From assembly GCA_050302075.1 (NCBI GenBank), contig JBNLAH010000005.1:96001-160000 (forward strand): a DNA stretch of 64,000 bases. Reading direction: 5' to 3'. Within the stretch, counting starts at the first letter, position 1; every line of letters begins with the position of its first letter. The DNA is from Parachlamydiales bacterium (GTDB taxonomy: Bacteria; Chlamydiota; Chlamydiia; Chlamydiales; SM23-39). Positions 18,058-27,256 of the stretch are shown piece after piece. Both the position numbers and the translations under genes were made by a program. The notes under the pieces were generated by a model, which was not told the DNA's origin, searched no databases, and saw only the letters and a list, made by a program, of their open reading frames with translations.

Positions 18058-20529
18058 TTAATTGCGGCTTACTCTTGAAGATTTTTTATTTAGTAGTGAA
18101 AGAGCTGATTCCTTTAACCCCGCATGCGTAATTCCCTCTATTAGGGTTTGTGCTTTTTCTAAGTCACTCTCTAATAAGTCCTGTATAATGTTTATTATGG
18201 CTAACCCTTGATCATATTCATCTGAAATTGAATCAATTGCCATTTTAGATAACCTATAGTTTTGAATGCTAAAGAGGTACCTAGAAAGATTTTGAAAAAT
18301 CATTATTTTATCTCTTTTATTTTTTAGAGAGTTAATAATTTTAAAGAGTTGATCGAATTTTCCATTCTGAATAAGGATTTTAGAAAGAACCATAAAGCGC
18401 TTAATTTTTTCTTTTACAAAGTTAGACTCATCAGCAATTATAGCCGCGATTTTAAAATTATTAGTTTCTACTAAAAGAGAAAAAACACCTTCTATTATGT
18501 TTTCATCTTCATGTAACATGGAAAAAAGTTGGTTAACACTAATAAGTCTTTTGTCAATTTTTTTTGCGACATGCCATAAAATATGTTCTTTGTCGCTACT
18601 ATTTTCAATCAAGGTAATATATCTTAGAATTGCACTTAAATTTTTTTGATTAACTAAAGTGTCAAAAACATTTAAAAGAGCATGTTTTCTATTTACATTG
18701 TCACGAATTGATTTTGCAACGTTAAAGGCAGTCTCTATATCACTCAAGGAGTTGAAGCTCTCAGATAGCTTTTTTAAAGAGGGGGTATTTTTTTGATAAT
18801 TTTGTTCTCTTTTTAAAAGCTCGAAAATTATAATAAAAAGATTTCTTTTTGAATCATCGTCAATAGAAGCATCTCTTACTATTTTTATTGCCGCATTAAA
18901 ATTACCCTCTTCTTTATAAAATTGCACTATTCTAGTAACAATCTCCAATCTAAAAGTTGTATTTTGACTTTTTTGAGCTGCGTAGAAAGCACTTTTAATA
19001 TTTCCCGTAGTAATTGATATATCACAAAACCATTCTAGGGAGCCTTCATTTGCTTTTATAATCTCATCAATGAGACTATCTGCTAAATAATCAGGTAGTT
19101 CATTTTTAAAGGACAAGCTAACTTCTAATATTTGTAAAATAGTATCTGTGCTTATGCCTTTTTCTTTGTAGTTTTTAATGCAAATTAGTAATCCATTTGT
19201 TTGATGAATTTTATATTGATTGTGATCATAACTATGATTATCAGTAAAAGTTACAATTCTAATTATATTTACAGCGGTTTCGGGGGTATTTTTAGCTAGC
19301 AAATACTCCATAAGTTCTTTAGTAATACGTTTCCAAAGCAATTCATTTAATTGAGTAGTTCTAATTATATTTAGAGCTTCAGGTATTAAGTTTCTATCAA
19401 TTAGTTCTTTGCAGAAACTTAGAGTATCATTAATGTGGGCTGCTTCACATTTACGGGCTATTTCAAGAGCTTTATTTTTTTTATTAATTGTTAAGAAAAA
19501 AGCAGAAATTTTCAGTAATGTAAAGCTACGTATGTGAGTCAATTGGATAGTTTTAGCAAATTCAAGAGCGGATCTTAAATCATCTAATTCAATAAGTTTC
19601 AAGCAAATATCTTTGGTTATTTGAGAATATGACCTAGAATTTTCATTTTTAGCTTCTGATACTTTCTTGTACAAAGAAAGCCTTTCTCGAAAATTTTTTG
19701 GTAATAGTTTGAGAAAATCATTTTGAGTATTTTCGTCTAATGCTACTTCCACAATAATATCTAAAGTATTTTTTTCTAAAGCTTTGAAGGCTTCTGCATT
19801 TCTGCTTGCATCGAATAGTTCTTGAGAATTAATTATAATATATAATTTAGAATATTTCTCACGAATAGCAATTAGCCTTTTTAAATGATCAAATAGCTTG
19901 AAGTTTATTTGAAGAGAAATATTCCTTATCTTTTCAGATGAAAAAAGATCTCTTTTAGAAATTTCTTTTTCTAAGTTAGAAAAATTAACCTCTAGTTGAG
20001 TGAGAATATTTTTAATTTGAATGCACTCATCTTCTTCCAAAATTTGGTCTATATTATTGAATTTAATAGATTGGTTATAAATTTGGTTTAATCTTTCAAT
20101 TAATTCCATTAATTGTTCAGGGATATTTAATTTATTAAACTCTTCGAACAAATCGTCATTTTTTAGCTCATTCACTTCCTCTAATACCTCTCTTAGCTGA
20201 GAAATAAAGCTTTTAATTAGAGTTTCTAATAAATTCCTGTTAATTGACCGTAGGCGAGGGATTTCTAACAAAAAATGTTGTTTTGTTAAATTGTTAAGGG
20301 TGCGACTTGCAAAGCTCGTATTAATTTTATCTCTGGAACCTAAACATTTTAAAATATTGTTAATAAGTACAGTTGGAATTTCTACATTAAAACTACTTTG
20401 TGGATTTCCAGTAGAGATATTAGAAGATTGAGGTTCTTCAATCTGCGCAGCGGTGCTACTGTTTGGTGGGGTATTTGAAAAAAGTGGATGATATTCAGAA
20501 TAATTACAACTAGAAAAAATGCTATTCAT
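18058..20529 (-). CDS. F-box-like domain + alpha-helical repeat protein, candidate secreted effector
   Basis: S/T/N/P-rich N-terminus, then EIPTVLINNILKCLGSRDKINTSFASRTLNNL (F-box-like), then repeated A...A..I.D...(R/K)..AL helical units. Confidence 0.6.
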   Translation of the reverse strand: MNSIFSSCNYSEYHPLFSNTPPNSSTAAQIEEPQSSNISTGNPQSSFNVEIPTVLINNILKCLGSRDKINTSFASRTLNNLTKQHFLLEIPRLRSINRNLLETLIKSFISQLREVLEEVNELKNDDLFEEFNKLNIPEQLMELIERLNQIYNQSIKFNNIDQILEEDECIQIKNILTQLEVNFSNLEKEISKRDLFSSEKIRNISLQINFKLFDHLKRLIAIREKYSKLYIIINSQELFDASRNAEAFKALEKNTLDIIVEVALDENTQNDFLKLLPKNFRERLSLYKKVSEAKNENSRSYSQITKDICLKLIELDDLRSALEFAKTIQLTHIRSFTLLKISAFFLTINKKNKALEIARKCEAAHINDTLSFCKELIDRNLIPEALNIIRTTQLNELLWKRITKELMEYLLAKNTPETAVNIIRIVTFTDNHSYDHNQYKIHQTNGLLICIKNYKEKGISTDTILQILEVSLSFKNELPDYLADSLIDEIIKANEGSLEWFCDISITTGNIKSAFYAAQKSQNTTFRLEIVTRIVQFYKEEGNFNAAIKIVRDASIDDDSKRNLFIIIFELLKREQNYQKNTPSLKKLSESFNSLSDIETAFNVAKSIRDNVNRKHALLNVFDTLVNQKNLSAILRYITLIENSSDKEHILWHVAKKIDKRLISVNQLFSMLHEDENIIEGVFSLLVETNNFKIAAIIADESNFVKEKIKRFMVLSKILIQNGKFDQLFKIINSLKNKRDKIMIFQNLSRYLFSIQNYRLSKMAIDSISDEYDQGLAIINIIQDLLESDLEKAQTLIEGITHAGLKESALSLLNKKSSRVSRN

Positions 20530-20648
20530 ATTTTATAAATCCTTAAAAAAAAGTTAAATTAATGGCGGAAAGTATAACCTATAATAAGGATTAAAATAAA
20601 TCGGTTTTTTTGATAACAGTCTTATTATAAGATACTTAAGTTATTTAT

Positions 20649-21062
20649 TTAAGCAAATTCTGGAGTATCTATAAGAGCTGCTATTCTTTCAAGTTCGTGG
20701 GATGTGCATGTGTGTGGATTATGAAAAAAACTTAAAGTGACATTGACTGTTCTTGCGACATTATTAGGAAGTGACAAAGATGCAATGAACAGACCCCCAC
20801 CAATTTGAAAGAGGCCTTTTTTTGCATTGAAATTATCATTAAAAATAGATCCAAGTATGTTTGCTGAGCCTTTGAAAAAGGTTTCAGATAAAGTTGCAGT
20901 GGTTACAGCGCTACTTATCAAAAAGTCACAGGTTCCTACAACTGGCGCAAGAAACCTAACCGAGTTTATAAGAGATATACTCTTTAAAGTACTGTAAAAA
21001 GGCCTAGAGATATTTTTGTCGAAAAATATTTGACTCTTGTTTATTTTTTCAAAATCAATCAT
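20649..21062 (-). CDS. Hypothetical protein with hydrophobic segments
   Basis: 137-aa ORF filling the intergenic space; no recognised motif. Confidence 0.55.
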   Translation of the reverse strand: MIDFEKINKSQIFFDKNISRPFYSTLKSISLINSVRFLAPVVGTCDFLISSAVTTATLSETFFKGSANILGSIFNDNFNAKKGLFQIGGGLFIASLSLPNNVARTVNVTLSFFHNPHTCTSHELERIAALIDTPEFA

Positions 21063-21272
21063 GCCAAAAGAGTTTAATTAAGTGGATTGTAAAAATCCAA
21101 TTAAAATTAATTGATGGTCAAAAAGTCTTCATTTTTAGCTAGTTGATAACTATGTTGTTATAGTTCTGGTTTTCTTACGTTTTTGTATAAAAAAGATAAA
21201 ATTAAGTTTGTTTTTAATTTTAAAAAAAAAGTCAAACTGGCAAAGTATTTTTTTTGTGAACTTTTAAAAGAT

Positions 21273-21773
21273 ATGGGATCAGATATTTTAGTTAGCATTG
21301 TTATGGGCAGCCAGTCTGATTTTTCAACGATGAAAGCTGCGGCTGATGTTTTAAGTCAATTAGAGATTGCACATGAAACTAAGATTGTATCAGCTCATCG
21401 TACTCCTGACAGGCTCTATTCTTATGCAAAAGATTTAGATAGTAGAAAAGTTCAAGTGGTTATTGCGGGAGCAGGAGGCGCTGCACATCTACCTGGTATG
21501 GTTGCTTCTATGACTAAGATACCTGTTTTAGGAATTCCAATAAGTTCGAAGCATCTAAACGGTCTTGATAGCTTATTATCAATTGTTCAGATGCCAGCAG
21601 GCGTTCCTGTTGGGACTTTTGCAATTGGAATTGCTGGTGCAAAAAATGCAGCACTTTTTGCAGCGAGCATCTTAGCTAATAACTGTGAAGCAATCAGCAC
21701 AAAGTTACAGTTATATCGAAAAAATCAAAAAGAGGCTGTTTTAGAAGAGCCAATTTGTAAGGAGCTATTATGA
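21273..21773 (+). CDS. purE: N5-carboxyaminoimidazole ribonucleotide mutase
   Basis: [42 protein letters not shown] 21273 preferred. Confidence 0.97.
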   Translation: MGSDILVSIVMGSQSDFSTMKAAADVLSQLEIAHETKIVSAHRTPDRLYSYAKDLDSRKVQVVIAGAGGAAHLPGMVASMTKIPVLGIPISSKHLNGLDSLLSIVQMPAGVPVGTFAIGIAGAKNAALFAASILANNCEAISTKLQLYRKNQKEAVLEEPICKELL

Positions 21774-22831
21774 TAATTCTTCCTGGGAAAACAATTGGGA
21801 TAATTGGTGGAGGCCAACTTGGAAAAATGATGGTCATGGCAGCAGCTCAAATGGGTTATAACACTGTGGTTTTTTCCGATCAAAAAGATTCTCCAGCATG
21901 TGCAGTAGCATCTGAGGTGGTGATAGCACCATACTCAGATCAAATAGCTTGGGAGACCTTCAAAAAAATGAGTGATATTGTAACTTATGAATGGGAGAAT
22001 GTTCCCTTAAATTTTATTCAATACCTCGAGAAGGAAACTCTTGTTAGGCCGGGATCTAATATCTTGAGTATTGCTCAAAATAGGATTCGCGAAAAAAAAT
22101 TTATTAGATCTTTGAATATTGAGACGCCGCTTTATCAGGCTGTAACTGATAAAAAATCTTTTTTTGAAGCGGTTAGCTCAATCGGCTTTCCATGCATTTT
22201 AAAAACGAGCGAGATGGGTTATGATGGTAAAGGCCAATGCGAGATTAACTTTGGTTATGATTTAGAGAAAATATGGGAGGAGTCTGAAAACTCTGAAAAA
22301 ATTTTAGAAAAGAAAATACCATTTGAAAAAGAAATATCAGTTATTGCTGCAAGAAATTCCTATGGGCAGTTTGCTGCTTTTGTGCCAGTTCACAATATCT
22401 ACAAAGATAAAATATTAGACATCTCAATTGCTCCGGCTGATGTTTCGGAGGAAGTTTCTCAAAAAGCAATCCAGATTACAAAAAAAATTATGGAGTCTGT
22501 AAACTACGTTGGGGTTATGGCAGTGGAGTTTTTCGTAACTTATGAAAAGAAAGTTATTGTAAACGAGATAGCTCCAAGGCCGCATAATTCTGGGCATTGG
22601 ACAATTGATGCTTGTTATACTAGCCAGTTTGAGCAGCATATCAGAGCTATTTGCAATCTTAGGTTGGGAAATACCGCTTTTCATAGTAAAGCGGTTATGA
22701 AAAATCTAGTTGGAAGTGACGTTTTAAACTGGCAGAAATTTGAAAATTCCGGCAAGTGCAAATTACACATATACGGGAAAAAAACATTGAATGATAAAAG
22801 AAAAATGGGGCATCTAACAACTTTACTATAA
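21770..22831 (+). CDS. purK: N5-carboxyaminoimidazole ribonucleotide synthase
   Basis: [44 protein letters not shown] overlap with purE. Confidence 0.97.
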   Translation: MIILPGKTIGIIGGGQLGKMMVMAAAQMGYNTVVFSDQKDSPACAVASEVVIAPYSDQIAWETFKKMSDIVTYEWENVPLNFIQYLEKETLVRPGSNILSIAQNRIREKKFIRSLNIETPLYQAVTDKKSFFEAVSSIGFPCILKTSEMGYDGKGQCEINFGYDLEKIWEESENSEKILEKKIPFEKEISVIAARNSYGQFAAFVPVHNIYKDKILDISIAPADVSEEVSQKAIQITKKIMESVNYVGVMAVEFFVTYEKKVIVNEIAPRPHNSGHWTIDACYTSQFEQHIRAICNLRLGNTAFHSKAVMKNLVGSDVLNWQKFENSGKCKLHIYGKKTLNDKRKMGHLTTLL

Positions 22832-23854
22832 ATGTCTAGCATGTCTTTTTTTAAAATATTTCTCAGTTTAATCATAACATTTACAGCTTTCTGTGAAGTA
22901 AATGATTCGATAGTTCCCACAATAAAAAAAATCTCTCCTGATGATTTTTCTGGTAAGATTACAAAAAATCAGATGCAGAAAATCAAAAAAGTTGAACTGA
23001 AGAAGAGTGATAGAATTCTTCTTATGTCATTTAATATGCTTTTTAATCTTAAACATAAAGAAGCTCTTCTAGAGGAAAGGCATCAATGGACAAATCGGCT
23101 TCCCAGAATAATAGAGTATTTAGAATTTTCAAAACCTGACATTATCGGAACTCAAGAACTTCATAAGAGTCAACTCGATGATTTGATGAGTGAAATATCT
23201 GATAAATATGCTTATTATGGCTTGGGTAGAGATGATGGGAAAGATAAAGGCGAAATACAAGCTGTTTTCTATGATAAGAAGCGCTTTAAACTGCTAGATT
23301 CTAAAACGTACTTTTTTTCAAAAACTCCAACAAAAGTAAGTCATAATTCGTATAAGGTAAAAAATACCCTTACTTACTGTAAATTTTTAGATTTCAACAC
23401 AAACAAAAAATTTATTGTATTGAATACCCACCTTAGCTTTTCGAGCCCTCATGTAAGATTGTATGAAGCAAAGTTCATTAAAAAATTTGTTGATAAGTTG
23501 CCTTCAAGTATGGCGGTTATTTTAATGGGAGATTTTAATGCCTTCCCGATGCGTTTTGATTTAGATCTTCCATTTTTTGATGGTGCACTTGTTCTTGAGA
23601 CGATTACAAGCGGTAAAATGGAAAATAGTATGAATAAATCAGCAATGGGACACTTTGGCCCCATTTCATCAACAAATTTCTCTCAAGATACAAAAAAGGT
23701 ATTTTCTGGTAACGGAACGCCAGGGGTAATCCTCGATTTTATTTTTGTAAATGACAATATATTTATTAGATCACATGGGATAGACCCGGCAAAAGTTGAT
23801 AATGAATATATGTCTGATCACTTTCCTGTTTTAGCGGAAGCTATCATTGACTGA
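22832..23854 (+). CDS. Exported endonuclease/exonuclease/phosphatase (EEP) family protein
   Basis: MSFN, DIIGTQE, NTHL, GDFN, LDFIF, SDHFPV; N-terminal signal peptide. Confidence 0.9.
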   Translation: MSSMSFFKIFLSLIITFTAFCEVNDSIVPTIKKISPDDFSGKITKNQMQKIKKVELKKSDRILLMSFNMLFNLKHKEALLEERHQWTNRLPRIIEYLEFSKPDIIGTQELHKSQLDDLMSEISDKYAYYGLGRDDGKDKGEIQAVFYDKKRFKLLDSKTYFFSKTPTKVSHNSYKVKNTLTYCKFLDFNTNKKFIVLNTHLSFSSPHVRLYEAKFIKKFVDKLPSSMAVILMGDFNAFPMRFDLDLPFFDGALVLETITSGKMENSMNKSAMGHFGPISSTNFSQDTKKVFSGNGTPGVILDFIFVNDNIFIRSHGIDPAKVDNEYMSDHFPVLAEAIID

Positions 23855-24878
23855 TCATAGTAAGCGCTATCAAGCTCAAAATATAAACAACTAGCACAAG
23901 TAAAGAATCAAACCCCATCATAAATATCTTCTTTTTTTGCCTGGCTAGAATTCCCCAAAGATAGATGCAAGTCACAATAATTCCTGAGGCCGCCATTAGC
24001 AAAGAAGGTTTGTCCAGGGATGCTACAATAGATCCTTTTCGATAAGCGATATCAGCTATTAGAAAAACAGCCATCATAAGAGTGTTTGATCCAAAGATAT
24101 TTGCAAAGGCCATTGTATAGGCTTTTATTTTTATAGCCCCGTAGGTCGTGCTGAGCTCAGGCAGGGAAGTTGCTAAAGCCACAAAAGTAGCCCCAACAAA
24201 ACTGCTTGAAATACCTACTTGTGTGCTCAAAGTATCTGCGAAGTATGCGACATCCCAGCCAGCAACTAGAACAATTGAACAAGCAATGAAAAAATATATC
24301 CCAAGTGCTAAGTTTGGTAATTTTGTTATATTTTTCTGGAAGGGGAGTTTTTTTGCTACCTCTCTGCTGGGGAGATCTACCGGAATCCATTTTTCTGCAT
24401 TTTGGTGAGAATGTAATGCTTTTAACATTACAATGTAGAATATAAAGAAAGTAATCGGCCAGATGCCCACACCAAAGATTGATGTTATTTCACCAAAAGA
24501 GTAAGCAAAAACAATGAACCCAAGCTGAATAATTAAAAAAACGCCGGTTAAAACAAGTGAAACAGTCGGAGTTAAATAAGATAGGCTCGAACCTCTCACA
24601 AAAAACAGGTCTACAATAGCCAGCATGCACGTTTGCAGAGGAACCCCGCCGATTAAGTTATTCACTGCAAGTTTAGGATTGTCAAGTGCTGAGGCTGTTA
24701 TCGTAGTAATTACTTCTGGCAGTGATGTTGTGAAAGCTAATAGAAAAGCGCCGATGAAAGCTTTGCTTACTTTAGTTCTTTCTCCAATTTCATCAGCATA
24801 TATTGCAAGTTTTGTTCCAGAGATCCAAATTGCAATAGCTCCAATTAAGAAAAAAAATAAGTTAAATACCGAGTCCAT
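23844..24878 (-). CDS. Sodium:calcium (CaCA/YrbG-like) antiporter
   Basis: Two alpha-repeats, TTSLPE...NLIGG and ATSLPE...NIFGSN; about 10 TM segments. Confidence 0.9.
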   Translation of the reverse strand: MDSVFNLFFFLIGAIAIWISGTKLAIYADEIGERTKVSKAFIGAFLLAFTTSLPEVITTITASALDNPKLAVNNLIGGVPLQTCMLAIVDLFFVRGSSLSYLTPTVSLVLTGVFLIIQLGFIVFAYSFGEITSIFGVGIWPITFFIFYIVMLKALHSHQNAEKWIPVDLPSREVAKKLPFQKNITKLPNLALGIYFFIACSIVLVAGWDVAYFADTLSTQVGISSSFVGATFVALATSLPELSTTYGAIKIKAYTMAFANIFGSNTLMMAVFLIADIAYRKGSIVASLDKPSLLMAASGIIVTCIYLWGILARQKKKIFMMGFDSLLVLVVYILSLIALTMISQ

Positions 24879-24966
24879 CTATAGTTTGAAGTGAAGCTGC
24901 TTTTTATTGATTTAAAAAATAAGCATATTTTTCGCAATTTAAAAAGGAGCTAATTTTTGACAAAAG

Positions 24967-24988
24967 ACCCACTTTTTTAAAAGTGGGT
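24967..24988 (-). terminator. Hairpin downstream of dnaJ
   Basis: ACCCACTTT...AAAGTGGGT inverted repeat. Confidence 0.55.
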
Positions 24989-25031
24989 TGAAAGCTTTAA
25001 GTATATCTCAAAAAGCTTCTAACAGTTTTTA

Positions 25032-26174
25032 TTATTTTGAAAAAAAAACCTTTAGCTTTTCTAAGAACCCCATTTTTTGGGGGTGATTTTGATCGGACTC
25101 TAGCTCTTTAAACTGACTTAGGATTTCTTTTTGTTTTTTTGTTAGTTTAACCGGAGTTTCTACATGAATCCTTACTAGCAAATCACCTGTGCCTTGACCA
25201 TGCACATTTGGAATCCCTTGGCCTCTGACTCTAAAAAGTTTCCCATTCTGAGTTCCTTCCGGGATGTTTATTTTACAAGACTTTCCGTGGGGTGAAGGAA
25301 TTTCTTTTTGACTGCCAAGTGCAGCTTCTGAAAAAGTTAAGGGTAGCTCAACGTAAACATCATCGCCGTCTCTTTGAAAGGCCTGATGCGGCTCAACTTG
25401 TATATAAACATACAAGTCACCTGGAGGGCCACCAGCTTCTCCAGCATCTCCATAACCTGACATCTTTAGGCGCATACCACTGTCAACGCCTGGGGGGATT
25501 TTGATAGTTACATTTTCTTTTTTCTTAACTTTGCCAGCGCCATGACAGGCAGAGCATGCCTTGGTAATTACTTTACCTGACCCGTGGCACTGAGGACAAG
25601 TAGAGGACATGCTAAAAAATCCACGGCTTTGGAATACTTGACCATTACCGTTACATGATGAACAGGTTTTAATATCGCTGCTAGATTCAGCTCCTAAGCC
25701 GTTACATTTTCCACAATTGCTAAGATTTTGAATTACTATGCGCTTCTCTGTTCCTTTAACAGCCTCTTCAAAGGAAATTGAAATGTTTACTTTCTTGCTG
25801 GCTCCTTTTTGAGCTCGCATATGGTTTGAATCGGTGTTTTCAAATCCAAAAAAAGAATCAAAAATAGACTCAGATCCTCCTCCAAACGCTCCCATAAAAG
25901 TTCTAAGGGCTTCGTCCATTGAGGAAAAGCCGCCGCCTCCTCCCATATGAGCACCTTTTAGCCCTTCTTCTCCATATTGGTTATAGATGTTTCTCTTGTT
26001 CTCATCGCTTAGGACTTCATAAGCTTCAGAAACTTTTTTGAACTTGGCTTCAGCTTCAGGATCTCCCTGATTTTTGTCAGGGTGAAATTTCAAAGCCATT
26101 TTTCGATAGGCTTTTTTTATTTCAGCTTGGCTGGCGTTGCGATCAACACCTAAAACAGCGTAATAATCTGTCAT
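25032..26174 (-). CDS. dnaJ: Molecular chaperone DnaJ
   Basis: J-domain HPD, G/F region, four CxxCxGxG repeats. Confidence 0.99.
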   Translation of the reverse strand: MTDYYAVLGVDRNASQAEIKKAYRKMALKFHPDKNQGDPEAEAKFKKVSEAYEVLSDENKRNIYNQYGEEGLKGAHMGGGGGFSSMDEALRTFMGAFGGGSESIFDSFFGFENTDSNHMRAQKGASKKVNISISFEEAVKGTEKRIVIQNLSNCGKCNGLGAESSSDIKTCSSCNGNGQVFQSRGFFSMSSTCPQCHGSGKVITKACSACHGAGKVKKKENVTIKIPPGVDSGMRLKMSGYGDAGEAGGPPGDLYVYIQVEPHQAFQRDGDDVYVELPLTFSEAALGSQKEIPSPHGKSCKINIPEGTQNGKLFRVRGQGIPNVHGQGTGDLLVRIHVETPVKLTKKQKEILSQFKELESDQNHPQKMGFLEKLKVFFSK

Positions 26175-26220
26175 ATTATCAACTTTTTTTATTATGAATT
26201 ATATCAGTTAAAGCGGTTTT

Positions 26221-26247
26221 TTAGCAAATGCGAAAGGGGAGCGCTAA
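26221..26247 (-). promoter_or_regulatory. CIRCE-like HrcA operator upstream of dnaJ
   Basis: Minus strand TTAGCGCTC-N9-ATTTGCTAA versus consensus TTAGCACTC-N9-GAGTGCTAA; exact 9-nt spacer. Confidence 0.6.
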
Positions 26248-26252
26248 ATTAC

Positions 26253-26447
26253 TTAGCGGGATTTTCTAGCTGCATTTTTAGCTCTTTTTAGCGCTTCTTT
26301 AGATTTTTTTCTTTTTCTCACAGAAGGCTTATCGTAAAAACGATTTGCTTTACAAGTTTTCATAACACCTTCTTTATCTAATTTTTTTTTCAATAAACGA
26401 AGAGCTTTATCAATAGCTTCTCCAATTCGAACTTTTACGCTGGACAT
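26253..26447 (-). CDS. rpsU: 30S ribosomal protein S21
   Basis: [26 protein letters not shown]. Confidence 0.95.
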   Translation of the reverse strand: MSSVKVRIGEAIDKALRLLKKKLDKEGVMKTCKANRFYDKPSVRKRKKSKEALKRAKNAARKSR

Positions 26448-26508
26448 TTAAATTAGAACTCCTTTTAAGGTTAATTAGCCAAAATGATAAGTAATCATTT
26501 GGTTTTAA

Positions 26509-27123
26509 TCAAGCATCTCTCAAATAGATAGGCATTAAATCATTAATTTCAGTAAAATCTTTTCTTAAAAACTTATCGAAACACATTTTTGCCAACATCT
26601 GTTCATTAGGCTTTCCAAGGATCCATTCTATAGGAAATGGAGTTTCAATTCTTTTCTTTAAGGTTTTTAAATCAGGTGTGATTGCTTTTGGAGTATTTTT
26701 TAGCAACAAACTGATATCACTTATTGAAAAAAGAGTAGGTTCAGAAAAATGAACTACTTTATCAGAGCGTGTAGCCTTGCTTGCATAAACTCCTCCAATT
26801 TTGGCATCTATAATGCTTATAAAGTTTCCATCGCTTTCTGGGATGAAGCTTTCTAAGGATGAAAAGCAAATGATAGGGATGTTTAATGCATATGATAAGG
26901 ACTTTGCTATCGTAATGGATACCCTAACTCCAGTATATGAGCCAGGGCCAACGCCTACTCCAATAAAAGAAATATCTTTTTTTACATTTTTTAAAAAATT
27001 GAAAAAATAGTTAGACAGGTCGCGTTTCGCAAAAACATGCAAATGTCTTAAAACTCGGTTTTTTTCAACTTCTAAAATTGCTGAAGATGATGAGCTACTT
27101 TCTAAAATTATTCCTTTTGTCAT
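26509..27123 (-). CDS. tsaB: tRNA threonylcarbamoyladenosine biosynthesis protein TsaB
   Basis: GVGPGSYTGVRV, IDAKIGGVY, PIYLR. Confidence 0.93.
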   Translation of the reverse strand: MTKGIILESSSSSSAILEVEKNRVLRHLHVFAKRDLSNYFFNFLKNVKKDISFIGVGVGPGSYTGVRVSITIAKSLSYALNIPIICFSSLESFIPESDGNFISIIDAKIGGVYASKATRSDKVVHFSEPTLFSISDISLLLKNTPKAITPDLKTLKKRIETPFPIEWILGKPNEQMLAKMCFDKFLRKDFTEINDLMPIYLRDA

Positions 27124-27256
27124 TAAAGAAAAGTTGTTAGTTTAAAAGATAAATCATTGTAGCATATTTAGGGCTCTTTTCCAACTGAACTTATTGCGAA
27201 GATTAAGCTCAATTGTTAGAGTTATCTGATTTATATTCAAAAACTGAGGATTTTTT

